A stretch of DNA of 64,000 nt from Mobula hypostoma (Eukaryota), in contig NC_086097.1 in NCBI RefSeq assembly GCF_963921235.1, forward strand, positions 126,606,001 through 126,670,000. The letters are read 5' to 3'. The notes beneath the pieces were generated by a model that worked only from the letters and a program-made list of their open reading frames with translations, made no database searches and was not told where the DNA came from. Below, in pieces: positions 14,096 to 27,302 of this stretch (position 1 is the first letter of the stretch; the number at the start of each line of letters is the position of its first letter). A program made the translations under genes and the position numbers.

Positions 14096-14659
14096 TATTA
14101 TAGAAATTGGATTTGCCAACCAGACTGCAAAGTTTTGTTTTTATTCTTCCTGACATTTTAGGGCTTGAGATCAGAACTTCACATTTTCCCTTGCGGTACG
14201 TTTGCTTCATTATGAAAAATCCTGAAAATGTGTACTTCCAGGCTCAAGGACAGCATGTAACCTGCTGCTACAAGACTATTAAATAGTCCCTCGTGTGATA
14301 AGATGGACTCTTGACCTAACAATCTACCTAGTTGTGATCTTGCTCCTTATTGCCTGCCTGCACTTCATTTTCTCTGTAACTGTAACACTTTATTCTGCAT
14401 TCTGCTACTGCTTTCATTTTACTACCACACCGTGCTGTTATAATAGTGGCCTGCATGCGTCAATAAAGAAACAATTTATCATTTACCCCCTCATAACCCA
14501 GAAGAACCTCATCATATCAACAAAAGATGGTATATAATACCATTGATGTAGTAAAGTGATTGTGTGTGCTCCATAGAAGCATTATTAAAATAAAAATTGA
14601 CAATGAACTGTGCAATGGGAAGGGACTTGGTCAGATATAGATTTCAAGTATTTCTAACT

Positions 14660-16470
14660 TAGAGTTTAGAGTTCAAACTTCAAATTTCAAAATAAATTTA
14701 TGTCACCATATATGGTTCTGAGATTCATTTTCTTGTGGGCATTCACAGCAAATACAAAGAAATACAATAGAATCTGAAAATCTACACACAAAGGCCAACA
14801 AACAACTTGTGCATAAGAAGACAAACTGTGCAATTACTAAAAATCACCAGTAGTAAGAATAAATCGATCAATAATACTGAGAACATGAATTGTAGAGTCA
14901 TTTTTAAAGTGCGTCCACAGGTTGTGGAAAAGTTCAGTGTTGAGGTGAGTGAAGTTCAGGACTGGTTTGGAAGCCTGATGGTTGAAGGGTAACAACTGTT
15001 CCTGAATTAGGTAGGGTGGAACCTAAGACTCCTGTACCTTCTTCCCGATGGCAGCGGTGAGAAGAGAGCATGGCCTGGTGGGGTTCCTTGATAACGCTTT
15101 CTTGCAGCAGCGCTCCTTCTAGATGTGCTCAATGGTGGGGAGGGCTTCTCCTGTGATGGACTGGGCTGAATTTACTACTTTTTTGTAGGATTTTAAGTTC
15201 ATGGGCATTGAGTTCCATAACAGGCTGTGATGCAACCAGTCAGAATACTCTCCACTGTGCATTTATAGAAATTTGTCAAAGCTTAAGATAACATGCTGAA
15301 TTCTTGCAAACTCCTAATGAAATATAGCCACTTTCGTGCCTTTTTTGTAACTGCATCAACTGGATAGATCCTCAGAGATGTTGACACCCAGGAACTTGAA
15401 ATTGCTCACCCTTTCTACTGCTGATCCCTCGATGAGGACTGGTGTGTGTTCCCTCATCTTAACCTTTTTGAAGTCCACAATCAGCTCTTTGGTCTTACTG
15501 ATATTGAGTGCAAGGTTGTTGCTGTGACACCACCCAACCAGCTGATCTATCTCAGTCCCGTATGCCTTCTCGTCACCATTTGAAATTCTGCCAACAATAG
15601 TTGTGTTACTAGCAAATGTATAGATGGTATTTGAGCTGTGCCTAGCCACACAGTCACGGGTGTAGAGGGCGTAGAGCAGCGGGCTAAGCACACATCATTG
15701 AGGTATGCCAGTGCTGATTATTAGCAAGTTGGAGATGTTATTTCTGATCCTCACAGACTGTGGTCTTCCAGTGAGGAAGTCAAGGATCCATTTGCAGAGG
15801 GAGGTACAGAGGCCCAGTTTTTGGAGCTTTTTTTTAATCAGACCTGTAGGAATGACTGTGTTAAACGCTGAGCTATAGTCAATAAACAGCAGCCTGACAC
15901 AAGTATTCGTATTGTCCAGGTGATCTGAGGCCGCATGAAGAGCTAATGAGATCGCATCCACTATAGACCTATTGTTGCAATGGGCAAATTGCAGTGGGTC
16001 CAGGCAGAGGTTGACTCTAGCCATAACCAACCTCTCAAAGCACGTCATCACCATAGTTATGAATGCCACTGGACGATAATTGTTAAAGCAGCTCTCTCTG
16101 CTCTTCTTGGGCATCGGTATAATTGTTGTCCTTTTGAAACAGGTGGGAACTTCCAAGTGTCGTAATGAGAGATTGAAAATGTCTTTGAACACGCCCACCA
16201 GTTGGTTGGCACAGGTTTTCAGAGCCCTACCAGGTACCCCATCAGGTCCTGTTCGCCCTCTAGAAAGGCGATTTGATGTCGGCCTCCAAGATAGAGATCA
16301 CAGGGCCAGCAGATGCTGCGGGTACCCTTTCAAAGTATGCATAAAAGGCGTTGAGCTCATCTGGGAGTGAAGCATCACAGACATTCCTGCTGCTAGGTTT
16401 CACTTTGTAGGAAGTAATGGCCTGCAGACACTGCCAGAGCTGACGTGCATCCAATTCCAACTCTAACCTT
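14660..16470 (-). mobile_element. Rex1/Babar-type LINE, decayed
   Basis: [54 protein letters not shown] and LNISKTKELIVDF motifs. TTCAAA-repeat tail region near 14670. Confidence 0.85.
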
Positions 16471-16519
16471 GATTAGAATAGTTTCTTTGCTCTTGAGAAA
16501 GCCCTCTACATGTTGTAAG

Positions 16520-17365
16520 AGGCAGGAGAAGGTCATTCTAGTGGAGTGGTACTATAGAGACTCCCCCCGCCCCAATAGTCAGTGGGAACCTGAGGAGATG
16601 ATGTGTAGAGAACTTGCTCACAGTTGGAAGAGTAATAATGTTATATCAGTGGGAGATTTTAATTTCCCAGTTATTGACAGAGTGTTAAGGACATGGATGA
16701 GGTTGAAGTTGTGAATCATGTCAGCACAGGACTTAGACTATGAATGGTAGGGCACCAGGGAGTGTAATGGAACAGAGGGAGCTAGGCGTACAAGTGTACA
16801 GCTCATTGAAAGCAGCCGCACACCTAGACCGGGTGGTGTAAGGGATGTTCGGCACAATGGCTTTCATCAATCAGAGCACTGTGTATCAGAGCTGGACCAT
16901 TACATTACATTACTGTGTAAGTTGAAGGCAAGACCTCACTTGGAGTACTGTATACAGTTTTGGTTACCATGTTATAGGGAAGACATGGTTAAACTGGAAA
17001 GAGTGCAGGGAAGATTTATGAGCATGTTGCCAGGACTAGAGGGCCCGAGTTCTATCACAAAGTTAACCAGGCTAGGTCTTTACTCCCTGGAACGTAGGAG
17101 AACACGAGGCAAGCTTAGAGATGTTTCTAAGATCATGAGAGACATTGATAAGGTGCAAAGTCATAATCTTTGACAAGGTAAGTCCAAAACTAAGAGGCAA
17201 AGTGGGGAAAGATTACAAGGGACCTGTTGGGGCAAACTTTTCACAGAGAGAGTGATGAGTAGATGGAACAAGCTGCCAGAGAAAGTGGTTAAGGCAGGTA
17301 CAATAGCATCTTGGACAGGTATATAGAGGAGTGGAGCTTAGAGCTCTATGGGGTGAATACAGGGG
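16520..17365 (+). mobile_element. Old CR1 fragments
   Basis: SVGDFNFP and RPHLEYCIQFWLP...LGLYSLERRR. The 3'UTR resumes after about 17886. Confidence 0.75.
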
Positions 17366-17367
17366 AT

Positions 17368-17886
17368 TATCACGGTGCTAGAGCAGGGATCCAATTGCAG
17401 ACCCAGCACTGTGCACACAGTGAGATTAATTTAGTAACAAATCCCAAGGTGCAAACAAAGTCAGCGTCAAAGTTCAGGCAGAGGTCAAAACATCCAGAGA
17501 AATCCAAAAACCAGAAACAGGAAATAGGCAGAGTTGATATTCAGACAGACAGGGTAGAGATACAAATACTGGAAAGGCTCAGGAAAATTCACAGGCACAA
17601 TCTGACAGCAAATAGGTGAAAACACAGGACTGAAATACAGTGAGCAGTAAACAGAGAGGCAGGTGATAGGTGGAGCACAATGAGACACAGGTGACAGCAA
17701 TACAGGTAACAATGAGAAACAGATGAGAGACGGAGTACTCAGTAATACAGGGACCGGAGTAGACCAGGAGCGGGGTCAAGAGCACATGGCAATACAAAAC
17801 CACAGACTGACGGCTAGGGGAAAACACACAAAAAGACTGACAGGAATTGGGACTACCTGGGTGTAGAGTGGGGGGGGGGGTGACCA
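17368..17886. mobile_element. Probable solo LTR (Gypsy-like) inserted in a CR1 3'UTR
   Basis: About 520 bp with degenerate TGTCACG...TGACA-like termini (TATCACGG...GTGACC) and a strong strand purine bias. It splits the CR1 3'UTR. No clear TSD. Confidence 0.4.
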
Positions 17887-18359
17887 TAGTTGGCATGAAA
17901 TTGTTGGGCCAAAGAGGCTGTAACTGTGCTGTATACCATCCATACAGATAATCTGATTACAACAGTACATCTCAGTAGTACAGGGCAAATGCAATAAAAG
18001 AATGCAGAATTAAGTGCAGACTGATTATAGTGCAAGTAACGAGTAGATCTGAGAAAGCAGCTTGTCACAAATTGCCACTCTCTGGGACCATCAGAACAAA
18101 AATGGGGGTGTAATGTGGTCTTATTATTGGGTAGGTGACACAGTGTTTGCCATTCTGAAAATACAGTGTTCTTGTCACATTCATCACCAGTTGTGGTCAA
18201 TGAGACACCATAAAATCACACCAAACAAAAAACTGTATCAAAGGAGAAACATGATTACTGGTAGCCAAAGATCAGCCAACGACCAGGGCCAAATGGTCTT
18301 TTCTCATTTGCATATTCAGCTGCCAAGGCCCAAAATATTGTTGTTCCCTTCCTAATCCT

Positions 18360-19175
18360 CTCCAGCAACTGTGAGGCTAAGTACAACTCCAATGCTGTAT
18401 TCAAGTTTGCTGACAACACCACTGTTGTTGGCCGAATCAAAGGTGGCGACGAGCCAGCAAATAAGAAGGAGATTGAAGATCTGGCTGAATGGTGCCACAA
18501 CAACAACCTCTCACTCAACTTAAGCAAAACCACAGAGCTGGTTATTGACCGCAGGAGGAGGAAACTGGAGGTGCATGAGCCAGTTCTCATCGGGGATTTG
18601 AAATGGAGAAAATCAATAATTTTAAATTCCTGGTTGTCTTCATTTCAGAGGATCTGTCCAGGGCTTAACACATCGATGCAGTTACAAGAAAGGCACGAGG
18701 AGATTTGGGATGTCACCAAAGACACTCACAAAGTTCTACAGATGAACTGTGGAGAGCATTCTAACTGGCTGCCTCATCGTCGGGTATGAGGGGGCTACTG
18801 CACAGGATCGAAGTAAAGTTGTAAACTCAGTCAACCGCATCACGTGCATTAGCCTCTGTCGCATCCTGGCCATTTTCAAGGAGTGGTGCCTCAGAAAGCG
18901 GCCTCATTACCCAAACATGCCCTCTTCTCATTGGTAACATCAGGGAGGAGGTACAGGAGCCTGAAGGCACACACTCAATGATTTAGGGACAGCTTCTTTC
19001 CCGCTGCCATCAGATTTCTGAATGGACATTAAACCCATGAAAACTAGCTCACTACTTTTTTTGCGCTACTTAGTTAATTAACCTTTTAAATTTATATATA
19101 AATCTAATGTACCGCTGCCACATAACAACAAATTTCACAGCATATGCCAGTGATATTAAACCTAATTTTGATTCT
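18360..19175 (+). mobile_element. Rex1/Babar 3' fragment
   Basis: VFKFADNTTVVG and WCHNNNLSLNLSKT motifs, with an AAACCTAATTTTGATTCTG-type tail. Confidence 0.8.
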
Positions 19176-21744
19176 GTTTCTCGTCTACCCATATGGCCTC
19201 ACTAAGTGGCCATACATTTGGCCATACATTATACATGTGACAATATTAAAGCAATTTACCAGTTTACTAGTCACAATCTCACAACAAGACTGATCCATTC
19301 CCTGTATTTCACTGTTGGCTCTGATAATTCTGATTACAAGGCAGAAGCATAGAGGTGTGAAGGTGTACTTTCAGTATTGACTGCATAGTTGTTACAGAAT
19401 ACCTCGACAGTGCAGGAAGTAAAACTGCAGATGCTGGAGCAGAATTAAACTGGAACACCAAGTATATATCAGAAGCCAAGCAGCAATCTTCAATATTGGT
19501 AGGTAATAGTGAGGCTACTTTGGTATGAGAGTGAAGCTAAACTCAGGGACCCATTACCATCTACAGTCGTAAGATCCATCCTCTAGAGAAACAGGGTGGA
19601 TGCTGAGAGATTGTTTCCCCTTATGGGGAACATTAGGATTTGGGAACAGGGCACAAGGTGCAGAGGCTCGAGGACAATACCACCAAGCTCTAGGACAGTT
19701 TTGATTCTGCTTGAACATGAACTCCTGATTTCTCATTCCACCACATTATGGCCCTTGTACTTTACATGTCTACCTGCACTGCACCTTCCCTGTAACCGTC
19801 ACACAAAATTCTGCATTCAAAGAGGCAGGCGGAACTCAGCAAGTCAGCCAGCATCTGGGGTGGAAATGAACAGCTGTTGTTTCGGATCGAGACCCTCTTC
19901 AGGACTGGAAGGAAAGAAGGGAGGTAACCAGTCCAAAAAAATAGAGGGAAGAGGCGAAAGAAGCAAGAGCTAGCGGGTGATAGGTAGATTTCAGTTTGGA
20001 TGGCTTGCAAAAGCTTTTAACTGTATCTCAGATGAGTGAGATGCAGAAAATTCCTGACAATCCACTATCAAGCTACTTGGATATCCAAATGCTGAAGTCG
20101 GTTTTCATTCATGAGTCCTGGTTCCCATATTCCCTTTCCCCAACCAGTCTTCTTGTACAACTTAATACCAGAAATAGGACTCAAACATTTCCCTCCATAG
20201 ATGCTGCCGGACTTGCTGTATTCCTCTGATGTATTTCAATCAGACCATGAGCTAAGTATTTCTAAAACAGACAAGCCTCCTTTCAGAAATACTTGGTGGG
20301 CTTATAAGCGCTTTGGTTCACTTTGAAAGAATAATGCTCTTTTGGATAGTTTAAAAACAACTTTTAAGAGCACTCTCAGTAAAAGAAAAATTCAAGACCA
20401 TACTAGTTTTAATTTCTGATATTTGCCAAATTACTTTCTCTCTATCCAGGAGAGCTAAAATTTCCCCAATGTTCCTGGGGACAAAACGAAAAAGGATTGC
20501 ATGCATTATAAATAAGGCCAGGGTCTGAGTATGGTTCAGTTTACTATTAAAGTTCACGAAAGCTTACATGTTTAAAACATCAGGAAACAACAGAAGACTG
20601 CCATCGCCTACTCAATTGCAGCCTTTTATTACCATGCGAATAGAATGGCAAAGGGGGAGGGAATTAGGCAGAGTAATTCCCCACCCCACCTACATTTCAA
20701 AAGCACTTCACTAGCTGATACACTTCTGTCGTCATTCTGAAAGATGTGAAAAACACAGCAGGAAACCTTTTCAACGGCTTAAAACACTTTTAAAGTCTTT
20801 CTGTCGTCTACTCAAAAGATAATGCATTGGTTAAAATTACTTTAATTCCATAGTTAGAAATCTCAAAACATTTTAGATACTCCTTGGACTTTTCAGAGAG
20901 GTGGGAGGAGGCCTTTGGTTAACAAGTAGGTACTGGCACTCACAAATGGAAATGTAACCAGACACCTAGCCCCAGGAGAAGGCGTGATCGAGAAAAGAGC
21001 TTGACAGGTTCTATGCATGAGTGAAAAGTCTTTTCTTCACTCTTACTACTTAACTAGTGTGCAAACAAAACAAATTCACTGCTCACAGCAGCAGTCAACG
21101 AAACAATGCAACTCATTTATACTTCTATCAGAGTCCATACTGCAACATTGATTTTTACTTAATATGGCACTGGAAAAGGCCGCTCAGTGCTGGTTTCCAG
21201 CAGCCCACTCAGCTCCATTCCTTACTCTCCTTAGTTTCTTGTGCGACACTGAGATTTGTTCTCTTTCATGGCTCCCTTTGATCTGCTTGGCTCTAACAAC
21301 ACTTTACAGCAGGTCTAGCAACATGCCATTAGAGCTTTATTTAAAAACAGTGAACTTAGAAATGGCGGTTAAAATAGGAGCACTGGTTGGGTGAAGAAAA
21401 AAAAGGGAGTGAAAATATGAGGATGGTACAATTACCTCATGGAGTTCATCTGACAAGATTGCAGTCACAATTAAAAACACAAAATGCTTCAGTCAGCAAG
21501 TTTGAATTCATTGCATACACGCAGGGCATGGATGTAATGGAAAATTAGCTGTGTGTAGCAGCAGCACAGTACTTTTCAAAACAAGGACAAACAATTTAAT
21601 GCCAATTTAAATGATCAGATAATACATAACTCAGCTGTGTGCAAAATAAAGAATAAAATAAACAATGGAACATTAGTGAAAGGTTGAGAGAGAAATATAG
21701 TCCAAAGTAGTATTAAAGATTTTCAGGGGTGAAGAATTGACAAT

Positions 21745-21885
21745 TCAGGCCGAGAGCTGAAGAAGGGTCTTGGCCTGAAACGTTGACTGTTTACTCTTTT
21801 CCACAGATGCTGCCTGGCCTGCTGAGCTCCTCCAGCATTTTGTGTGTGCTGCTTGGATTTCCACCATCTGCAGATTTTCTTGTGT
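21745..21885 (+). mobile_element. PLE 3' end fragment with hammerhead core
   Basis: CTGAAGAAGGGTCTTGGCCTGAAACGTTGAC followed by the same 3' terminal sequence as the other PLE copies. Confidence 0.7.
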
Positions 21886-22829
21886 TAAGGATTTTCAGGT
21901 TGTTTCAAGAACTTGATGGCAGTGGGGAATGATCTGTTGTTGAACCTTGATTTGTGGATCTTATATCTCTTGCCTGGAAGAGGACCTGGTCCAAGTGGTA
22001 GGGGTCTCTAACAATGGATTCATGGAGACATTGTTTCTTGCTGCTGTCCTTGAGGACGGGGAGAGATGTACCCAGCTGGCTAAGTGCACCAAATGCTGTA
22101 GCCGAGCCAATCTGGTGAGATCGAGAATGGCTTCAGGTTGAGTAGCCCGGGTGTGTCGTTGTGCTGTGGCCTGTGTCCTGGAGTGAGGCACGACTCGGTG
22201 TTTGGCCAATTTAAACGCTGGCGCAGATAGACTGGGAATTCCGAGTGTGGAGGCAAGGGTCGTGCTGATTTTGCTAGCTCTCCCATCACGTTCATTCCTC
22301 TCTCCGGTGGCTGTCGTCTCTGTGGATTTTGCCCCGCTAATGTAAGGAAGTTGAGATCAAGGCTTGGGCCTGCTCTGGCTGCTCCAGGGAGCAGATCTAA
22401 GGACTCAATCTGGTTCGGAATGCTGTCATTTGCATCTATTGTTTGCATGATGTGTGTGTTTTTCCTTCTTTCTCTGTGCAGTGGTTATGGGTTTTCTTTA
22501 TTTTTAATTGGGTTCTTTGAGTTTCCTGCTTTGTGGCTGCCTATAAGCAAACAAATCTCAAGGTGTATAATTTATACATTCATTGATAATAAATGTACTT
22601 TGATTTGATTTGAAATTTGGAGTTAAGACGTTTGCAGTTAATTGAACATAGCGGATATAAGGGATGACACATTGCGTGCAGCTCCAATGGGAATCATCAA
22701 ACATTCCCATTCAGGACTAATACAGCTGAAGTCCACAGGCACAGCCATGTAAGCACCATTGTTTTAGACATTTAAAGCATCTATCGATACTCAAAATTGA
22801 CAGCTCCAGGGGCACAGGCTCAGGTTGTG

Positions 22830-24955
22830 AGTGCAGTTTCTGTTTAAGAGAAAGAAAGCAAGGAAAGCATGCAGGGGTGCAAGTAAGATTGAAACACAGA
22901 GGCTTTAGACTCCCACTCCAGACTATGCTTCTGGCGAATGTACAGTCTATGGAAAATAAAATTGAAGACCTCAGACCAAGATTGCTGTACCAGTTGGACC
23001 ATCAAGGATTGCTGTGAACTTAGCGTCATGGAAACATGGCTATCCCCTGCCATTTCAGATGCAGCACTGCAGCCCGATGGCTTCACTATACATGGTAAAG
23101 AAAGGACAGCTCAGTCTTTTAAAGGCAGGGGAGGCGAAGTATGCTTTGTGATTAAGTCATTGTGGCGCACAGGTGTGGCAGTTCTATCCCAGTCCTGCAC
23201 ACCTGACCTGGAACATCTAGTGGTCAAATGTCATCCTTTTTATCTGCTGAGGAAGATTTTTTGCCATCATCCTGGTAGCGATGTACATTCCACCTCAGGC
23301 CAGCATCAGGTTGGCACTGGAGGAGCAAAGCTCCATAATTAGCTTGCACAAAGCAGTGCACCCTGATGCCTTCCCTATCATTTTAGGGGATTTCAACCAG
23401 GTCAACTAGAAGAAGTCTCTGAACAACTACCACCAACATATCACCTGTGGAACCAGAGGAGCCAACAAACTGTTATACCACCATCAAGAAAACTTACTGT
23501 GCCATCCCATGCCCACACTTTGGAAAGTCCAAACATCTACTCCCAGCATTAAGGTAGAGTCTAAAGATCACAGATTCAGTGGTGAGGACCAAGAAGGTAT
23601 GGTCAAGGGACCACTTTGAGTCAGTGGACTGGACCATATTCAGGGATTCGTCTTTGAGTCTGAAGACTCACAGTTGCCATTGACTTCATCAAGACCTTTG
23701 TGGATGAGCGTGTGCCTTCGAGAACATACCAGACAGACCCAAACCAAAAGCTGTGGATGAAGCAGGAGATTCATAGTCTGCTGAGGACTAGATCTGTGGC
23801 ATTCAAGACCAATGACCCTGATCCAAAAGGGTGACAACCATTCCAGTGCCCAGGAAGAGCAAGGTGAGCTGCCTCAATGACTATCACCCAGTGGCACTCA
23901 CATCTCCTGTGAAGTGCTTTCAGAAATCGGTCATGGCTAGAAACAACTAGCAAGGACCTGGACCTGCTGCAATTTGCCTATCACCACAACTGATCTGCAG
24001 TGAATAGAATCTCACTGGCACTCCAACTGGCCTTGGGTCACCAGGACAATAGTAACACTTATTGCTTATTGACTACAGCTTGACGTTCAACACAATTATA
24101 CCCTCAGTTGTAGTGAAAAAAGCTCTAAAACCTGGACTTCTGTACCTCCCTCTGCAACTGGATCCTTGACTTCCTCACTGGGAGACCACAGAATAACATC
24201 AACACTGGCGCACCTCAGGGGTGTGTGTTTAGCCCACTGCTTTACTCTCTCTACACCCATGACTGTGTGGCTAGGCACAGCTCAAATACCATCTATAAAT
24301 TTTCTGAAGATACAACTATTGTTGGCAGAATTTCAGATGGTGACGAGGAGGTGTAGTAGAGCAAGATAGATCAGCTGGTTGAGTGGTGTCACAACAACTT
24401 TTCACTCAACATCCGTGAGGTCAAGAAATTGAATACGGACTTCAGAAAGGGTTAGTTGAGGGAGTGCACACCAGTCCTTATCGAGGAATTAGAAGTAGAA
24501 AGGATGAGCCAAGTTCCTGGGTGTAAACATCTCTGAGCATCTATCCTGTGCCCAACATATTGATGTGATTACAAAGAAGGCACGACAGCAGCTATATTTC
24601 ATTAGGAGTTTGAGGAGAACTGGTATGTCACAAAAGACACTTGAAAATTTCTACATATGTGTCGTGGAGAGCTTTCCAACTGGTTGTATCACCATCTGGT
24701 ATGAAGGAGTCACTAGACAACATCGGAAAAAGCTGCAGAAAATTGTAAATTCAGCCAAGTCTATCATGGGCACTAGTCTTCCCAGCATCCTGGACACCTT
24801 CGATAGGTGAGGCCTCATTATTAGGGACCCCCATCACCCAGGACTTGACCTCTTCTCATTGCTACCATCAAGGAGGAGGTACAGGAGCCTGAAGACACAC
24901 ACTCAAAGTTTCAGGAACAGCTTCTTCCCCTCCACCATCAGGTTTCTGAGTAGAT
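22830..24955 (+). mobile_element. Rex1/Babar-type LINE, long decayed copy (AP endonuclease and RT)
   Basis: ETWLSPAISDAALQPDGFTIH, DLEHLVVKCHPFYL, LDLLQFAY and KKARQQLYFIRSLRR remnants. Confidence 0.85.
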
Positions 24956-24987
24956 AATGTATCAAATGCTTGTTGTGACACACCTAA

Positions 24988-25601
24988 TGTGGTAGTGTAG
25001 TGGGTAGTGCTTGGCACTCTCACTTTCAGCTTCCACTGCTGGCTAGCAGTCTCCCAAAAAGGAGAGCTGAACGCCTAAGTCTCTCCTTGCCCGTACATAA
25101 CTTCTCCAGCAGCGAGACTCGTGTAGTGTCCCCTCACTGGCAACACATGGAAACTGAACTCCTTTCGGACTCAGGCTGAACTACAGAGGGCGGGAAGGAG
25201 GTCTGACCCCTGCACACTTGACATGCAGGCCCACCGGCACGTGGACACACCCTGGTGCTTGTGAACCAGATCCCCAGCTGTGGGTAAATAGCCCCACTGC
25301 TTTGTGGGCAACTTCAGGAGAGATGAAGATTACAGGAGTAAACAGAGACAGAAAATCTGGAGCAGGAACCCTGAGGTAGCTGGACATCACTGAAAATCCT
25401 TCCAGCAGCTCCTGCAGCCAAGTTGATGCCAAATGTATTGCTTTGCTTTCCTTGGGACTACACTGGTGAAGCCAAGAGAGGAATCTTGACAACTAGGCAT
25501 CCCAGGATCTTCATATATTCCGCCAGGGGTTGTGCCTTAGAGGGGTCACTCCAGAAACACTCCGTTGTCCTTCGAGACAGACGGATGTCATCATCATCAT
25601 T

Positions 25602-25631
<30 letters not shown>
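24988..25631 (+). mobile_element. Possible SINE or non-autonomous retroposon ending in (ATC)n
   Basis: A-box-like start GGTAGTGTAGTGG, a GC-richer body than the flanks and a terminal (ATC)n tract. Family not identified. Confidence 0.35.
25588..25631. repeat. (ATC)n microsatellite
   Basis: About 14 TCA/ATC units with one interruption. Confidence 0.95.
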
Positions 25632-25635
<4 letters not shown>

Positions 25636-26044
25636 AACCTTCAGTATTTTCCCTCTCTTTTTGCACTATTTATTTAACTGATATTAAATATATATATGTA
25701 TACTTCTTATTGTAAATTATAGCTTTTATTAATATGTATTGCATTGTACTGCTGCCCCAAAGCAACAAATTTCACAACGTATGCTGGTGATATGAAACCT
25801 GATTCTGATTCTGGTCAAATGTCCTTGCACCAAAACTGACAAATTAGATGCAAGGTGTTGTTGAGCAAATACTTGGACATGGAATTGGACAGAGGTGAGA
25901 ACTGAACAGAAGAAAATATCTGCCTTTCTTATCAAGCAGTCCCTAGAGTCAAAATATAAATTACTTCTTTTCTCCAGTTCTAAGGGCTCTGGGAAATGGC
26001 CTTTTTGAGGGATCTGCAGACTTATCCCACAGGTATGAAGGTAA

Positions 26045-26605
26045 CAAACACAAAATGCTGGAGGAACTCAGCAGGCCAGGCAGCATCTACAGAAAGGAGT
26101 AAACAGTCAATGTTTCAGGTTGAAAACCTTCCTCAGGACTGCCTGGGTAGCCTCCAACCTGATGGCATGAACATTAATTTCTCAATCTTCTGGTAAGTTG
26201 CTGCTCCCCCCACCCCCCTTCACCATCCCCATTCCCGTATCTCCCTCTCTCCTTATCTCCTTACCCATCCATCACCTCCTTCTGGTGCTCCTCCCCCTTC
26301 CCTTTCTACCCTCTCCTATCAGATTCCCCCTTCTTCAGTCCTTTATCTCTTCCCCCTCCCCCTTTCCTGGTTTCACCTCTCACCTACCACCTTGCACTTC
26401 TTCCCCCCCTCACCCTGCCCCCCTTGCTCTTTTTCCTTCCAGTCCCGATGTAGGCTTTCGGCCGTAAGTGTCGACTGTACTCTTTTCCATAGATACTGCT
26501 GAATTCCTCCAGCATTTTGTGTGTGCTGCTCTGGATTTCCAGGTTCTGCAGATTTTCCCGTTTTTGTGTGTGTTGCTTTGATTTCCAGTGTCTGCAGACT
26601 TCCTC
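26045..26605 (+). mobile_element. Older fold-back PLE (inverted 3' copy 26045-26140 plus a sense 3' part)
   Basis: A minus-strand terminus with a hammerhead-like motif at 26105-26140 is joined to plus-strand LGSLQPDGMNINFS and the 3' region. Confidence 0.75.
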
Positions 26606-27266
26606 GTGTTTGTGGCAGAGGGTGTTTCATGGATGCCACATTTGGGGTGTTCTGCAATCTTTGCACCTCTTCTGCCGTGTGCTCAGTCATTTCGCGAGTG
26701 CTCCACTGTTTTAAGCAGGCGCGGACAAGGGAATCCCATGGGTCCATAAAGATGCAGCAATTGTCTCCCTCCCACACTGTCAGATTGCTGACCGGTGCCA
26801 TATCAACCAGTAATATGGCATCACGCACCCCCAAGTAATTCATTAGCACACTTCGTGGAAAGCAACTCCCATTTGTACAAACCAATAAATGCAGCCTCAT
26901 CAGCAACAACCCAAAAAAAGATAGCTGTCAGCAACAACAAAAGAAATCCAGTAAAATATACAAGGATATGTTTACACTACTGCCTTCCCTCCCCACCTCC
27001 CACTCACTGGAACTAGTCCCCGCATTTACTGCCCTCGCCAGTTCCTGGAAAGGAATGTTGCTGATTACGTGTGGATTAAAGGCGGCTAGTGAGGCTGTAC
27101 ATGGTGTTACGACTGAAGATAAATGATGCTCTGGTAGATTACATTGCCCAGATCTGTCATAAGAAACAGCATGTAGATAGATTAAGAAGAATCTATGTTT
27201 CTAGCAACATACATCAAAGTTGCTGGTGAACGCAGCAGGCCAAGCAGCATCTATAGGAAGAGGCGC

Positions 27267-27302
27267 AGTCGACGTTTCAGGCCGAGACCCTTCGTCAGGA
27301 CT
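27267..27302 (-). ncRNA. Minimal type I hammerhead ribozyme motif
   Basis: AGUC CUGACGA AGGGUCUCGGCCU GAAAC GUC GACU on the minus strand. Confidence 0.85.

Noticed and set aside
19399..19498. Possible plus-strand exon (TTACAG...GTAGGT)
   Set aside because: Weak polypyrimidine tract, unrecognisable peptide and no partner exons.
25530..25715. Poly-Ile and poly-Ser ORFs
   Set aside because: Artefacts of the (ATC)n microsatellite.
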